From positions 1-53,663 of IMG/VR virus record IMGVR_UViG_3300037424_000334: DNA of 53,663 nt; one strand, given 5' to 3'. This document shows, piece after piece, positions 14,527-24,190 of the stretch (position 1 is its first letter; each line of letters begins with the position of its first letter). This DNA comes from a virus. Lineage: Duplodnaviria; Caudoviricetes. A model generated the notes under the pieces. It was given only the letters and a program-made list of their open reading frames with translations. It ran no database searches and was not told the DNA's origin. Both the position numbers and the translations under genes were made by a program.

Positions 14527-16236
14527 ATGGCTGTTGGACACGATGCCGTAAGTGAAAGCCATACCGGCACAACCGGCTCCGCTAGCCAAGCATCTTTCAC
14601 TTGGAATCACACGCCTGTGGGTACCCCGCGCGGCGTGTTGGTCTACACCTTCGTCAATGCAAATGCAGACAACGCTCTGTCTGTAACTTACGGCGGCGTG
14701 TCGATGACGGCTGTCCCCGGAGGGCGTGCAGTTGACACCGCTGTTGAGGCTGGGGACTGCAAAGCGTGGTTCTTGGGGTCAAACATTCCTACCGGTGTCC
14801 AAGCGGTCGTCGTAAACCGCACCAACAATGCCAACGTCATGTACGCCATCGCTGTCACTCAGACGGCTGGGTTCGACACTGAAGCTACAGGCGTGGTATT
14901 GCAGCAGGAAGACCAAGCTCCTGCGCAGGCGAATGTAGACGACGGTTCTGTGTCAGGCACGAATAGCGTTCGTTACGCTGCGGGTAACTACGGTGGGTCC
15001 GGCCTTCCTGGTATCGGTGCTAACAGCACGTCCATGATTGGCATTGACTTCGGCACAAGAACTATTGGAAGCGTTCGTGAAACAACAGCCGGTACGGGTT
15101 CGCGACCGGTTGGGTTCGCGGCGGCTTCAGAAGACTGGGCTTGCGTTCTCCTGGCCGTCAGAGAGCAGGTTATCACGCTCAGCATGGCGACTACGGAAGC
15201 GGGCGACACGATGTCGGCCACCGTTGCTGTGGCTATCGACAACACCGCTGCGCTCGCCGAAGCTAACGACACGATGTCGGCAGCAGCAGAAGTCGCTATC
15301 GACAACACCGCTGCCCTCGCGGAAGCCAACGACACGATGTCGGCCTCGGCAGAAGTGGCTATCGACAACACCGCTGCCCTCGCCGAAGCTAACGATACGA
15401 TGTCGGCTTCTGTCGAAGTTGAGGAAGGTGGCATCACCACGTCCGCTGCGCTCGCAGAAGCGGACGACACGATGTCGGCCTCGGCAGAAGTCGCTATCGA
15501 CAACAACGCTGCGCTCGCCGAAGCTAACGATACGATGTCGGCCTCGGCAGAAGTCGCTATCGACAGCACCGCTGCGCTCGCCGAAGCTAACGACACGATG
15601 TCGGCCTCGGCAGAAGTCGCTATCGACAGCACCGCTGCGCTCGCCGAAGCTAACGACACGATGTCGGCCTCGGCAGAAGTGGTTATCGACTCGACTGCCG
15701 CACTCGCGGAAGATAACGACACGATGTCGGCCTCGGTTGGCGTGGAGATCGTGGTGAGCGCCGCTCTCATTGAAGCGGACGATGGAATCCTTGTGCAAGC
15801 CGCAGTGGGTGATGTGGCGACGTTTTCGGGAGCGCTCGCGGAAGACAACGACACGATGTCCGCTTCGGCTGCCGTTGCTATCGACTCTACTGCTGCGCTC
15901 GCGGAAGACAACGACACAATGTCCGCTTCGGCTGCCGTTGCTATCGACTCTACTGCCGCACTCGCGGAAGATAACGACACGATGTTGGCCTCGGTGGGTA
16001 CCGAGGTCACTACATCCGGAGCGCTCGCTGAGTCGAACGACACGATGTCGGCCAACGCCTTCACCGGCTCCGGAGACGCGCTGTCTGGCGCTTTGGCTGA
16101 GACCGGAGATACGATGTCGGCGGTCATCTTCCAGTTCACGGTTTCCCAAGGGATCAAGCTGCCCACGACAGATTCCGAATCTGATTGGAATGTAGTCGTG
16201 CCGGGCGGCAGAGACTTCGGCGTGAAAGCGGCGTAG
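14527..16236 (+). CDS. putative head fibre: beta-rich N-domain plus 15 x ~21-aa repeats
   Basis: Repeat AALAE(A/D)NDTMSASAEVAID(N/S)T. Confidence 0.7.
   Translation: MAVGHDAVSESHTGTTGSASQASFTWNHTPVGTPRGVLVYTFVNANADNALSVTYGGVSMTAVPGGRAVDTAVEAGDCKAWFLGSNIPTGVQAVVVNRTNNANVMYAIAVTQTAGFDTEATGVVLQQEDQAPAQANVDDGSVSGTNSVRYAAGNYGGSGLPGIGANSTSMIGIDFGTRTIGSVRETTAGTGSRPVGFAAASEDWACVLLAVREQVITLSMATTEAGDTMSATVAVAIDNTAALAEANDTMSAAAEVAIDNTAALAEANDTMSASAEVAIDNTAALAEANDTMSASVEVEEGGITTSAALAEADDTMSASAEVAIDNNAALAEANDTMSASAEVAIDSTAALAEANDTMSASAEVAIDSTAALAEANDTMSASAEVVIDSTAALAEDNDTMSASVGVEIVVSAALIEADDGILVQAAVGDVATFSGALAEDNDTMSASAAVAIDSTAALAEDNDTMSASAAVAIDSTAALAEDNDTMLASVGTEVTTSGALAESNDTMSANAFTGSGDALSGALAETGDTMSAVIFQFTVSQGIKLPTTDSESDWNVVVPGGRDFGVKAA
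15181..16130 (+). repeat. ~63-bp coding tandem repeat, 15 copies
   Basis: Recurrent GACACGATGTCGGC core; some copies near identical. Confidence 0.9.
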
Positions 16237-16295
16237 GGTTGAGGATTTAATACCGGCGTGGTAGTCATATAGGCTAATTTCCAGAGAGCGCGACC

Positions 16296-17294
16296 ATGCA
16301 CCAGTTGCCCGATCTTCACCCGATGATTGCCGTTTCGCAGAGTAAGACCCTCGCCGTGGATTTCGGGGGTGTTCTGCCGAGCGGAGTGACACTCGTGGTA
16401 GTGCCTTCGGCCCCCACGATCACCCTCACAACGGATAACGGCACCGACGCCACTCCGCAGGATCGGCTCACGGTGGGTCCGTCCATCGGGACCCTCAGTG
16501 TTGCTGACGGCGGAACCGGAGTCGCGAACGCGGCGCTGTTCTTCCAGTTGTCCGCTCTCGTGCTCGGGGCCTCGTATCTCCTGGTGTATTCGTCCTATGC
16601 GAGCAACGGCGACCGGATCGCAGCGTTCAACCATATTCGCGCAGTAGGACCGGCGTCAGTCACGCTCGTGGCCGAAGACGGCTCTGGCGATCCCACCGCG
16701 AACTCGTACATTGATGTCGCATTCGCTGACACGTACCACTCCAATCGCGGGAACGAATACTGGATGGCGCTGTCGCTCAACAACAAGAAGGCGTGCCTCA
16801 TTCGCGCGACCGACTACATCGACAAGCGCTTCGGCGACCGCTTCCGTGGCTTCCGGATGCAGAAGGACCAAGCGCTCGCATGGCCGCGTCTGTCGGCGTT
16901 CGATGACGACGACTTCACTCTGGATGATGTCCCGACTGGTCTCCAGAAGGCCACGGCGGAGTATGGCTTGCGCGCCGCTATCTACAACGTGCTCGCGCCG
17001 GACCCGGTGCGGACGACGCCGAGCCAGGACATGAGCGACGAGGACACTCCCAACGAATCGAGCGCCGAGCTTATCGTCGGGCCGCTCAAGTCCAAGACGG
17101 AGAAGGTCGGGCCGATTCAGAAGTCCGTGACCTACGAGGGCGTGTCGCAGCTTACGCAAGCGAACCAGCGCAGCACTCGCGCCGGTCAATCCACCACCCT
17201 GAACGACATCTACATTCCCCAGTATCCGGAAGCGGACCTCCTCATTGAACGTCTTCTCGACAATGAGACCTCGACCAGACTGGAGCGTGCGTAA
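16296..17294 (+). CDS. head-tail adaptor (DnaT-like) with extra N-terminal domain
   Basis: Internal LVAEDGSG...ANSY...ADTYH..RG, ATDYID and QALAWPR motifs. Confidence 0.8.
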   Translation: MHQLPDLHPMIAVSQSKTLAVDFGGVLPSGVTLVVVPSAPTITLTTDNGTDATPQDRLTVGPSIGTLSVADGGTGVANAALFFQLSALVLGASYLLVYSSYASNGDRIAAFNHIRAVGPASVTLVAEDGSGDPTANSYIDVAFADTYHSNRGNEYWMALSLNNKKACLIRATDYIDKRFGDRFRGFRMQKDQALAWPRLSAFDDDDFTLDDVPTGLQKATAEYGLRAAIYNVLAPDPVRTTPSQDMSDEDTPNESSAELIVGPLKSKTEKVGPIQKSVTYEGVSQLTQANQRSTRAGQSTTLNDIYIPQYPEADLLIERLLDNETSTRLERA

Positions 17295-17677
17295 TGGCTT
17301 TCGATTACGCTGGACTGGCTTTGATGGCTCAGCAGCTTATCGCGGACGCTGGGCGCGAAGTCACGTTCGCGCTCAAGTCGCGCACTCCGGCTGACACCAA
17401 CAAGCCATGGCGCGGCGGCGACCCTGTGGCCGCTACAGAGTTCTCCGGCATCCCGGCTGCCATCGTACCGATTGAGTTCGTGGATCAAGAGAAGCAAGTC
17501 CTGAAGCGTCAGGCAGCGGCGACGTTGTACGTCTCGGCTCTGGAGTTCCCGGATTCGTTGGACGTGAAGCAATTGGATACCGTCGATGACGGCCTGTGGA
17601 CGTGGCGAGTGATCTCCGCACGCCCGATCATGCCGGGTGCAGTTCCGGTCATCTACGAGATGCTCCTGGAGGGGTAA
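17294..17677 (+). CDS. head-closure/stopper protein
   Basis: FDY..L...A..LI...GR.V; P.D..KPW; position after adaptor. Confidence 0.7.
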   Translation: MAFDYAGLALMAQQLIADAGREVTFALKSRTPADTNKPWRGGDPVAATEFSGIPAAIVPIEFVDQEKQVLKRQAAATLYVSALEFPDSLDVKQLDTVDDGLWTWRVISARPIMPGAVPVIYEMLLEG

Positions 17678-17678
17678 C

Positions 17679-18134
17679 ATGCCGGTCGATAATGTTGCCG
17701 AAGCTCGCGATTTCGTCATGGAGATCGTGAATACTGCATGGGCCGCGTCGGCAGAGCCCGCTGGCTATCCCGCCGCCTATGGAGCGTGGCCCCCGCCGCT
17801 GTTCTTTCAGGACGTGCCGGATGACGTGCCGAATGGGACTCCTTATGCGCTCGCGTCCATCCAGCACCGTGGCGGTGGGCCGGTAGCCATCGGAGACGCT
17901 GGACTTCGGCGCTTTCGGGCCGAAGGGACGATCACGGTGACCGTATGGGCTCCCCATGGCGATGGGTTGACAACTTCGGACCATCTCGTCACAATCGCGC
18001 AGGATGCCCTCGAAGCTCGTCACACTCCGGACAAAGTGTATTTCCGTCATGTCCGCGTTGTCGATGATGGCCGAGACGGAGCGAACAGCAAGGTTCGGGT
18101 CGTTGCCGATATTGACTACGACCGGGTGAAGTAA
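17679..18134 (+). CDS. tail terminator protein
   Basis: IG...RRFR..G.ITV.V.AP.G.G motif; precedes tail tube. Confidence 0.7.
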   Translation: MPVDNVAEARDFVMEIVNTAWAASAEPAGYPAAYGAWPPPLFFQDVPDDVPNGTPYALASIQHRGGGPVAIGDAGLRRFRAEGTITVTVWAPHGDGLTTSDHLVTIAQDALEARHTPDKVYFRHVRVVDDGRDGANSKVRVVADIDYDRVK

Positions 18135-18145
18135 CGGAGGCTGCA

Positions 18146-20095
18146 ATGGCAGAAGTTGAAAAAATTGACTCCAATAGCACTGGCCTTCGTTTCTGCGAAG
18201 AAGAGTCCATGGGAGTGCTTCCCGCTGCGGCAGACCAAGTTTGGTATCCGCTTGAGCCGAACAGCTACTCGGACTTCGGCGGTGAGGTAACGACTCTCGC
18301 ACGGCGTCCGATCAATGCGAGCCGCCAGAACCAGAAGGGCGTCGTAGTTGACCTCGACGCGAGCGGCGGTCTCAATCAGGACCTCACGCAGAACAACACC
18401 ACGCGCCTGGAGCGCGGGTTCTTCTTCGCGGACATTCGCGAAATGTTCGACACGCAATCCATCGACAGCGCAGTGAGCGACGTTGACTCGGCGCTCGCCG
18501 CCGACGACACATACAACCTGTTCAACGGAGACGATCTCGCAGCGCCGAAGATTCAGGCGCAGTCCCTCGTCCTCGCTTCCGGCTTTGACACCGCTGCGAA
18601 CAATGGTGTCTACGTGGTCAACAGCATCGCCCGCGTTCGGGCCATCGGCACTCTCACGGCGGCAGCCAACGTCAGCGATGGTGACACGGTGACCATCGGG
18701 ACGACCGTCTACTCCTTCGAGACCGGCGCGCTTGACGCGGCTTACAAGGTGCTCGTAGGCGCGACGGCTTCCGACAGCTTGGATAATCTCATCGCGGCGA
18801 TCAATGGCGCAGCGGGTTCGGGCACGCTGTACGCAACCGGCACGGTTGCACACACTCTCGTGACGGCGGCTGCCGGAGCGGGCGACACGATGGACGTGAC
18901 GGCCATCAGCTACGGCACGGGCGGCAATGCCATCGCCACGACTGAAGTTGCGGCGCAACTTTCGTGGGGCGGTGCAACGCTTACCGGCGGATCGGCTGCC
19001 ATCGACGTAGACGCGAGCTTGACGGATGAACTCGCTCCGACTTCGGCTGCCCGCGTTCAGGTGGTCGGCTATGAGTTCGCAGTTGGCACTCTCGACGTGA
19101 GCATGGCTTCCACGCTTCCGCGCCTCGTGCGCGCGAGCGGTGCTGTGGATTTCACGACCCTTGGACTCGTGGCCGGGCAGTTCATCTTCATCGGTGGTGA
19201 TGCCGCTGACGAGCAGTTCGTAACCGACGCCAACAATGGGTGGGCTCGTATCCACTCGCTTGCGGCGGCTTACATCGAACTCGACAAGACGACGAGCACG
19301 ATGGTCGCCGAAGTCGGTGCTGCCCTGACGATCCGCATCTTCCACAGCAAGGTCCTCAAGAACGAGACCGCCGAAAGCGATCTCATCGTGGCTCACTCGT
19401 TCCAGTTCGAGCGTTCGCTGGACAAGAAGGACACGGCGATTGCGGGCAAGCAAGGTGAATATCTCGTCGGCGGCTACATGAACGAATACACGATGAACAC
19501 CAAGCAGGCCGACAAGCTCAACGTGGACATGACCATCGTCGCCATCGACAACGAACAGCGCACGCAGGCGCAGGGGCTCAAGTCGGCCACCGCTCCGGCT
19601 ACCGCTGCAACGCTGGTGTCGGAAGACGCCTTCAACACGACCTCGCATGTTGCGCGCCTCCGCATGACGGTCCTCGACCCGGCGGACGCCAACCCGACGC
19701 CGCTGTGGGGCTTCTGCACGGAGTTCACGATCACGATCAACAACAACGTGACGCCCGCAAAGGCTGTCTCGCGTCTCGGCGCATTCGCCGTGACGGCTGG
19801 GCAGTTCGATGTCGGCGGCGACATCACCGCCTACTTCTCGGACGTGGCGGCAGTGTCGGCGGTTCGCGCCAACGAGGACGTGTCCTTCGACGCGATCTTC
19901 GCCCGTGACAACTACGGCGTGGCCTACGACGTGCCGCTCTGCGCTCTCGGTGACGCTCGCCTCAACGTCGAGCAGGACGCGCCCATCATGCTGCCGCTCT
20001 CGATGAGCGCCGCTGAGGACCGCACGTTCCACCACACGCTGCTGAAGACGTTTTTCAACTACCTGCCGGACTTGGCGATGCCGTCCAGCGGATAA
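18146..20095 (+). CDS. major tail tube protein carrying the 117-aa module
   Basis: KIDSN.TGLR..EE, WYPLEPNSYSDFGG, RQ.KG.VVDLDASGG (YuA-like tube). Confidence 0.88.
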   Translation: MAEVEKIDSNSTGLRFCEEESMGVLPAAADQVWYPLEPNSYSDFGGEVTTLARRPINASRQNQKGVVVDLDASGGLNQDLTQNNTTRLERGFFFADIREMFDTQSIDSAVSDVDSALAADDTYNLFNGDDLAAPKIQAQSLVLASGFDTAANNGVYVVNSIARVRAIGTLTAAANVSDGDTVTIGTTVYSFETGALDAAYKVLVGATASDSLDNLIAAINGAAGSGTLYATGTVAHTLVTAAAGAGDTMDVTAISYGTGGNAIATTEVAAQLSWGGATLTGGSAAIDVDASLTDELAPTSAARVQVVGYEFAVGTLDVSMASTLPRLVRASGAVDFTTLGLVAGQFIFIGGDAADEQFVTDANNGWARIHSLAAAYIELDKTTSTMVAEVGAALTIRIFHSKVLKNETAESDLIVAHSFQFERSLDKKDTAIAGKQGEYLVGGYMNEYTMNTKQADKLNVDMTIVAIDNEQRTQAQGLKSATAPATAATLVSEDAFNTTSHVARLRMTVLDPADANPTPLWGFCTEFTITINNNVTPAKAVSRLGAFAVTAGQFDVGGDITAYFSDVAAVSAVRANEDVSFDAIFARDNYGVAYDVPLCALGDARLNVEQDAPIMLPLSMSAAEDRTFHHTLLKTFFNYLPDLAMPSSG

Positions 20096-20138
20096 TTCGG
20101 GGTTAACGACGCCGCCCGGCGGATAATTCGGGCTTAAC
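20088..20138 (+). repeat. 20-bp direct repeat x2, CtrA-box-like
   Basis: GCGGATAATTCGGG(G/C)TTAAC at 20088-20107 and 20119-20138. Confidence 0.8.
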
Positions 20139-20151
20139 CAGGAGGAAGTGC

Positions 20152-20595
20152 ATGAGTGATGTGAATGGCAGCGTCCTTGCTATGTTCGCAACGAACAAGG
20201 ACGCGGAGAAGAAGGGGAAGTGGATTGAGGTAGGACCGGCCAGCTTTTTGATTGCGCGTGCCGGTGGCTCCAACACGAAGTTCGAGCGGGCAGTATCCGC
20301 CGTCCTTCGCCCGCATCAACGCCGCATTCAGAACGGCATGATGAGCAACGCCGAAGCGGAGAAGCTCTCCATCGAGCCCTTCGCTGAAACCGTGCTCCTC
20401 GACTGGAAGAACGTCCGGGCTGCGGTCCAGGACGAGACCAACGAGTGGGTTGTCGGTGAGCCGATCCCGTTCTCGAAAGAGAAGGCCGTGAAGGTCCTCG
20501 ACGAGAACCGTGACTTGTTCCGGTATCTGTTGGAAGAGTCCCAGCGGCTCGCCAACTTTGCGCCGGAGTTCGTGGCGGACGCCTCGGGAAACTGA
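20152..20595 (+). CDS. tail assembly chaperone (G)
   Basis: FATNK.AE..G.W..IARAGG.N..F; ends in GGGAAAC-TGA. Confidence 0.85.
   Translation: MSDVNGSVLAMFATNKDAEKKGKWIEVGPASFLIARAGGSNTKFERAVSAVLRPHQRRIQNGMMSNAEAEKLSIEPFAETVLLDWKNVRAAVQDETNEWVVGEPIPFSKEKAVKVLDENRDLFRYLLEESQRLANFAPEFVADASGN
20586..20592 (+). other. -1 programmed ribosomal frameshift site G GGA AAC
   Basis: X XXY YYZ heptamer just before the stop; -1 frame is open into ORF 20616-21014. Confidence 0.85.
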
Positions 20596-21014
20596 CATCG
20601 GTCCTCCTCTACGAGTTGGAGCAGGGACCGACCGAACAATTCATCATCGACCAAGCCCGGAAAAATCGGGCTCCGATTCCGGATAGGATTGCGAATGCCC
20701 CGGTGCTTCAACCGGGGCTCGCATTCTACTACCGGGCCTTCCTCGCGCTCTCATCGTGCCGTCCTATCGGCATGGCCGAGGGTCGCATTCCGTGGACTGC
20801 TGTGAACGACTACGCCGTCCGGTATGGCTTGGACGAGGAGGAGCTTGACATCCTCTGGACCCTAGTCTGTGAGATGGATACCGTGTATATTCGCCATCAG
20901 CAGAAACGGGCTAAGATCGCACCCTCGAAGGGGAAACCGACTTCGGACAGTTCGAAGACGGACTCCAAGCCGGGTCCGCGCATCATTCGCCCACCACGGA
21001 AGAAGACCCGGTGA
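20592..21014 (+). CDS. tail assembly chaperone frameshift extension (GT)
   Basis: AFLALSSCR..GM..GRIPWTA...YA motif; reached by -1 shift. Confidence 0.8.
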   Translation: MTSVLLYELEQGPTEQFIIDQARKNRAPIPDRIANAPVLQPGLAFYYRAFLALSSCRPIGMAEGRIPWTAVNDYAVRYGLDEEELDILWTLVCEMDTVYIRHQQKRAKIAPSKGKPTSDSSKTDSKPGPRIIRPPRKKTR

Positions 21015-21484
21015 TGGCACAGCCCTTCGAAAATCTTCCTCTCATTTTGTCGCGCCGCCAGCAGGAGATGATCCGGCTGGTGAACGGCATTGTGCAGAAG
21101 GCTGCCTTCGAAGGCGGAGCGTATCTCGTGCGCGAGACTCCGGTGAAGCGCGGCATTGCGCGCTCGAACTGGGTGGCCAGCCTGGACCAGCGGTTCAGCG
21201 CGGTTCTCCCGGCCTACAGCCCGTATCCGGCTCTCGACAATCGTCCGGCCCCGATCTCCATGAAGTTCGAGTCTGCGAACGCCCTGGCGGCTGTGGCGCA
21301 GCATACGGCGACGACTGCGCGGTTCGACTCGCGCCGGAATCGCACCGTGTTCATCCAAAATAACGCAGACCACATTGCCGATCTCAACCGGGGGCGCTCG
21401 CAGCAGAGCGCTGCCGGGTGGTTCGACAAGTGCGCTAATGTCGCGAAGGCGGGCATTCAGGGCATGTGGAGATTGAAGAAGTAA
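21011..21484 (+). CDS. tail completion/neck protein (HK97 gp10-like)
   Basis: TPV..G.ARSNW..S; IQNN..HI..LN.G.S.Q. Confidence 0.75.
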   Translation: MMAQPFENLPLILSRRQQEMIRLVNGIVQKAAFEGGAYLVRETPVKRGIARSNWVASLDQRFSAVLPAYSPYPALDNRPAPISMKFESANALAAVAQHTATTARFDSRRNRTVFIQNNADHIADLNRGRSQQSAAGWFDKCANVAKAGIQGMWRLKK

Positions 21485-21488
21485 GACC

Positions 21489-24182
21489 ATGGCAACAGAA
21501 GTCTTGGAACTCGTAATCGTCACGCGCGGCGCAGGTCCCGCCGCCGGACAGATTAATCAGATCACGCGGTCGGCGAACGTCGCGGCGACTGCGCTGCGCT
21601 TTCTGCGTAACGCCCTCGTCGTGTTCTCGGCCATCCGCGCTTTCTCCGGCATCACCGCGCTCGTGGACTCCTTCACGGAGATCACGACGAAGTTGAAGCT
21701 CGTGACGAACTCGACTGAGGAGCTTACCGCCGTGACGCAGGCGTTGTTCAATGTGTCGCAAGAGACTCGAACTTCGTTCGAAGCGAACGTCTCGCTGTTT
21801 AATCGCGTTGCCCGTGCCACGACCGGCCTCAACCTCAACTACCAGCAGTTGATCGACACGACGCGAACCGTGTCGCAACTCATCAAGATCAGCGGCGCGA
21901 CCACGCAGGAATCGACGGGCGCTCTCATTCAATTCTCGCAGGCCCTCGCGTCCAACCGACTGTCCGGCGACGAACTGCGTACCGTGCTTGAACAGTTGCC
22001 GCGACTCGCGGACGTGATCGGCAAGGAGTTCGGAATCTCCGGCGCTTCACTGCGCGCCCTGGCGAACTCGAACCCCGGCATCATCACGACTGAGAAGATC
22101 ATGCGTGCCCTGGCGAACGCCGGAGCCGAGACCGGTAAAGAGTTTGAGAAGGTTGTGCCGACCATCTCGGACGGCTTCACCCTTGTGAACAATGCTCTCA
22201 CGCTGTTCATCGGGCGCGTAAACCAAGCTGGCGGTATCGGCGCGTTCCTGTTCGAAGTCCTCGCGAAGATCGCGGAGAACATCGACCTCATTGTCGTCGG
22301 GCTTACGGTGCTCGCCGCCTTGACGGTTTTCAACTTCCTTGCCAGCCAAGTCGTGGCCTTCGCCACAGCGACCGGCACCGCCCTCGGCGTGGTCCTCCGG
22401 CTCGTGAACTTCCTCACGTTCAGCATCGCCACCCTCACGCGCGGGCTTATCCTGCTGGGGACGGCGTTCCTGACGAACCCGTTCTTCCTTGCTGCGACGC
22501 TTATCGTCGGCGCTATCGTAACGGCATTCTTCGTTCTCGGCGGCACCATCGAAGACGTGACGAAATCTTTCGGCGGTCTCAAGAACGCGGCTAACGTAGT
22601 CCTGGCGGGTCTCATGACCTTTGTCGAGATCGTGTTCACGCGGTTCGACCTGTTGGGCAAGGCCATCATCGAGCCCTTCGTTGACGCCTTCGACATTCTC
22701 GGCAAGCTCCTCGGCGAGTTCCTGGACTTCATGTCCCGTGCGCTGAAAACCGTCAGCTTCGGGGCTATCGACCTCGGCGAGTGGGACGTTCAGATCAACA
22801 CCGCGACCAACTTCGCGTCCGGTGCAGGTGCAGAACTCGGTAAGGCTCTGTCCGAGAGCTACCAGAAGAACCTCGCTCTCGATCCGGTCGGTTCGCTCGT
22901 TAAATTCGGTAAAGACGGGCTCGCCGCTCTGCGTAAGCTGTTGACCGGTGGCCAGATCGACAACAGCGTGCTCCAGAATAAGCCGCCTGCGGGGCTGCCG
23001 GGGGCCGAGCTTGACACGGGCGCAGATAAGCGCGCACAGCTTTTGCAGCAACTTGAGAATTTCCTTGCGCGCATCAGTCCGAAGTTCGACATCAGTTCCA
23101 AGTTGCTCAAATTGCGCACTCTGTTTGAGGAGGCCCTTGATGCTGGCGTGCCGGTGGCCGAGTTGTTCGCTCGTATCGGCGGGTTCCCCGAGGCTCTCAA
23201 GCGTGTGGAGCGCGAAGAACTCGGCGTTGGCAACGCGACAGCGTACTACACTGAGCGCGTGGACTTGTTGAACGACGCTCTCAAGCGCAACATCATCAAT
23301 CAAGCTGAGGCCACGGAGGCACTTCGCAAGAACCGCATGGAGTTCCTTGAATCTCAGCGCGACATCGCCAGCGGAATCGAACTCGCCCAGCTTAAGAAGG
23401 CGGACACGTTGTCTAACAAACAAGCCATCGCGACCGATGTAGTTGGGGACGCCCTCAAGGAGCGCACCGCGTTGGAGACGTTGACGATCCAGGTGGAGGC
23501 CCTCAACGAGGCGAAGCGCCAAGGCGTCATCACGAATGAGGAGTTCACCAACTCCATGCGTGAGTCCCAGCTTGCAGCCCTGGCCGGACAGAAGGACGCC
23601 CTCAGCGGCTTCCAGCGTGGCATCCTGCTGGTTCAGAAGGACCTCGCCGACGTAGCGTCGAAGGTGGCCGATATTGTCGTGGGGTCGTTCAAGAAGCTCG
23701 AAGACGCGCTCACGTCGTTCGTAACGACCGGAAAGCTCGACCTCGGCGACCTGTTCAACTTCATCTATGAGTCTCTTATCCGGCTCGCCATTCAGCAAAG
23801 CATCATCAAGCCGCTCTCTGACTTCCTCGGCGCTGGCGCTGGAACGGCAGGCGGAGGTGTGGGCGGTGGAGGATTCGATTTCGGCGCTCTCCTCTCGTCG
23901 GTCGGCTCGGCGCTGTTTGGCGCAGCGAACGGCGCACAGTTCATGGTAGGCGGCGCAGGCGGCACGGACAGCCAGCTTGTCGCGTTCCGTGCATCGCCGA
24001 ATGAGCGCGTCACGGTGGAGACTCCGGAACAACGCAATCGCGGAGAGGCTACCCAGCAGAACATCAGCATGACGTTCAACATCAACGGGGTCACGGACTA
24101 CGATAGCTTCCAGCGGTCGGAGGACCAAATCTACACTCGTGCCGCAGCGCGCCTCCAGCGTGCCGCAGCGCGCAACGGGTAA
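21489..24182 (+). CDS. tape measure protein
   Basis: Tape-measure N-domain QFSQALASNRLSGDELRTVLEQ; hydrophobic middle; C-terminal GGAGGTDSQLV..ASPNERV. Confidence 0.93.
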   Translation: MATEVLELVIVTRGAGPAAGQINQITRSANVAATALRFLRNALVVFSAIRAFSGITALVDSFTEITTKLKLVTNSTEELTAVTQALFNVSQETRTSFEANVSLFNRVARATTGLNLNYQQLIDTTRTVSQLIKISGATTQESTGALIQFSQALASNRLSGDELRTVLEQLPRLADVIGKEFGISGASLRALANSNPGIITTEKIMRALANAGAETGKEFEKVVPTISDGFTLVNNALTLFIGRVNQAGGIGAFLFEVLAKIAENIDLIVVGLTVLAALTVFNFLASQVVAFATATGTALGVVLRLVNFLTFSIATLTRGLILLGTAFLTNPFFLAATLIVGAIVTAFFVLGGTIEDVTKSFGGLKNAANVVLAGLMTFVEIVFTRFDLLGKAIIEPFVDAFDILGKLLGEFLDFMSRALKTVSFGAIDLGEWDVQINTATNFASGAGAELGKALSESYQKNLALDPVGSLVKFGKDGLAALRKLLTGGQIDNSVLQNKPPAGLPGAELDTGADKRAQLLQQLENFLARISPKFDISSKLLKLRTLFEEALDAGVPVAELFARIGGFPEALKRVEREELGVGNATAYYTERVDLLNDALKRNIINQAEATEALRKNRMEFLESQRDIASGIELAQLKKADTLSNKQAIATDVVGDALKERTALETLTIQVEALNEAKRQGVITNEEFTNSMRESQLAALAGQKDALSGFQRGILLVQKDLADVASKVADIVVGSFKKLEDALTSFVTTGKLDLGDLFNFIYESLIRLAIQQSIIKPLSDFLGAGAGTAGGGVGGGGFDFGALLSSVGSALFGAANGAQFMVGGAGGTDSQLVAFRASPNERVTVETPEQRNRGEATQQNISMTFNINGVTDYDSFQRSEDQIYTRAAARLQRAAARNG

Positions 24183-24190
24183 GGTGAGCC

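Noticed and set aside
15181-16130. 63-bp repeats as a CRISPR array
   Set aside because: In-frame coding repeats with no unique spacers and no cas operon.
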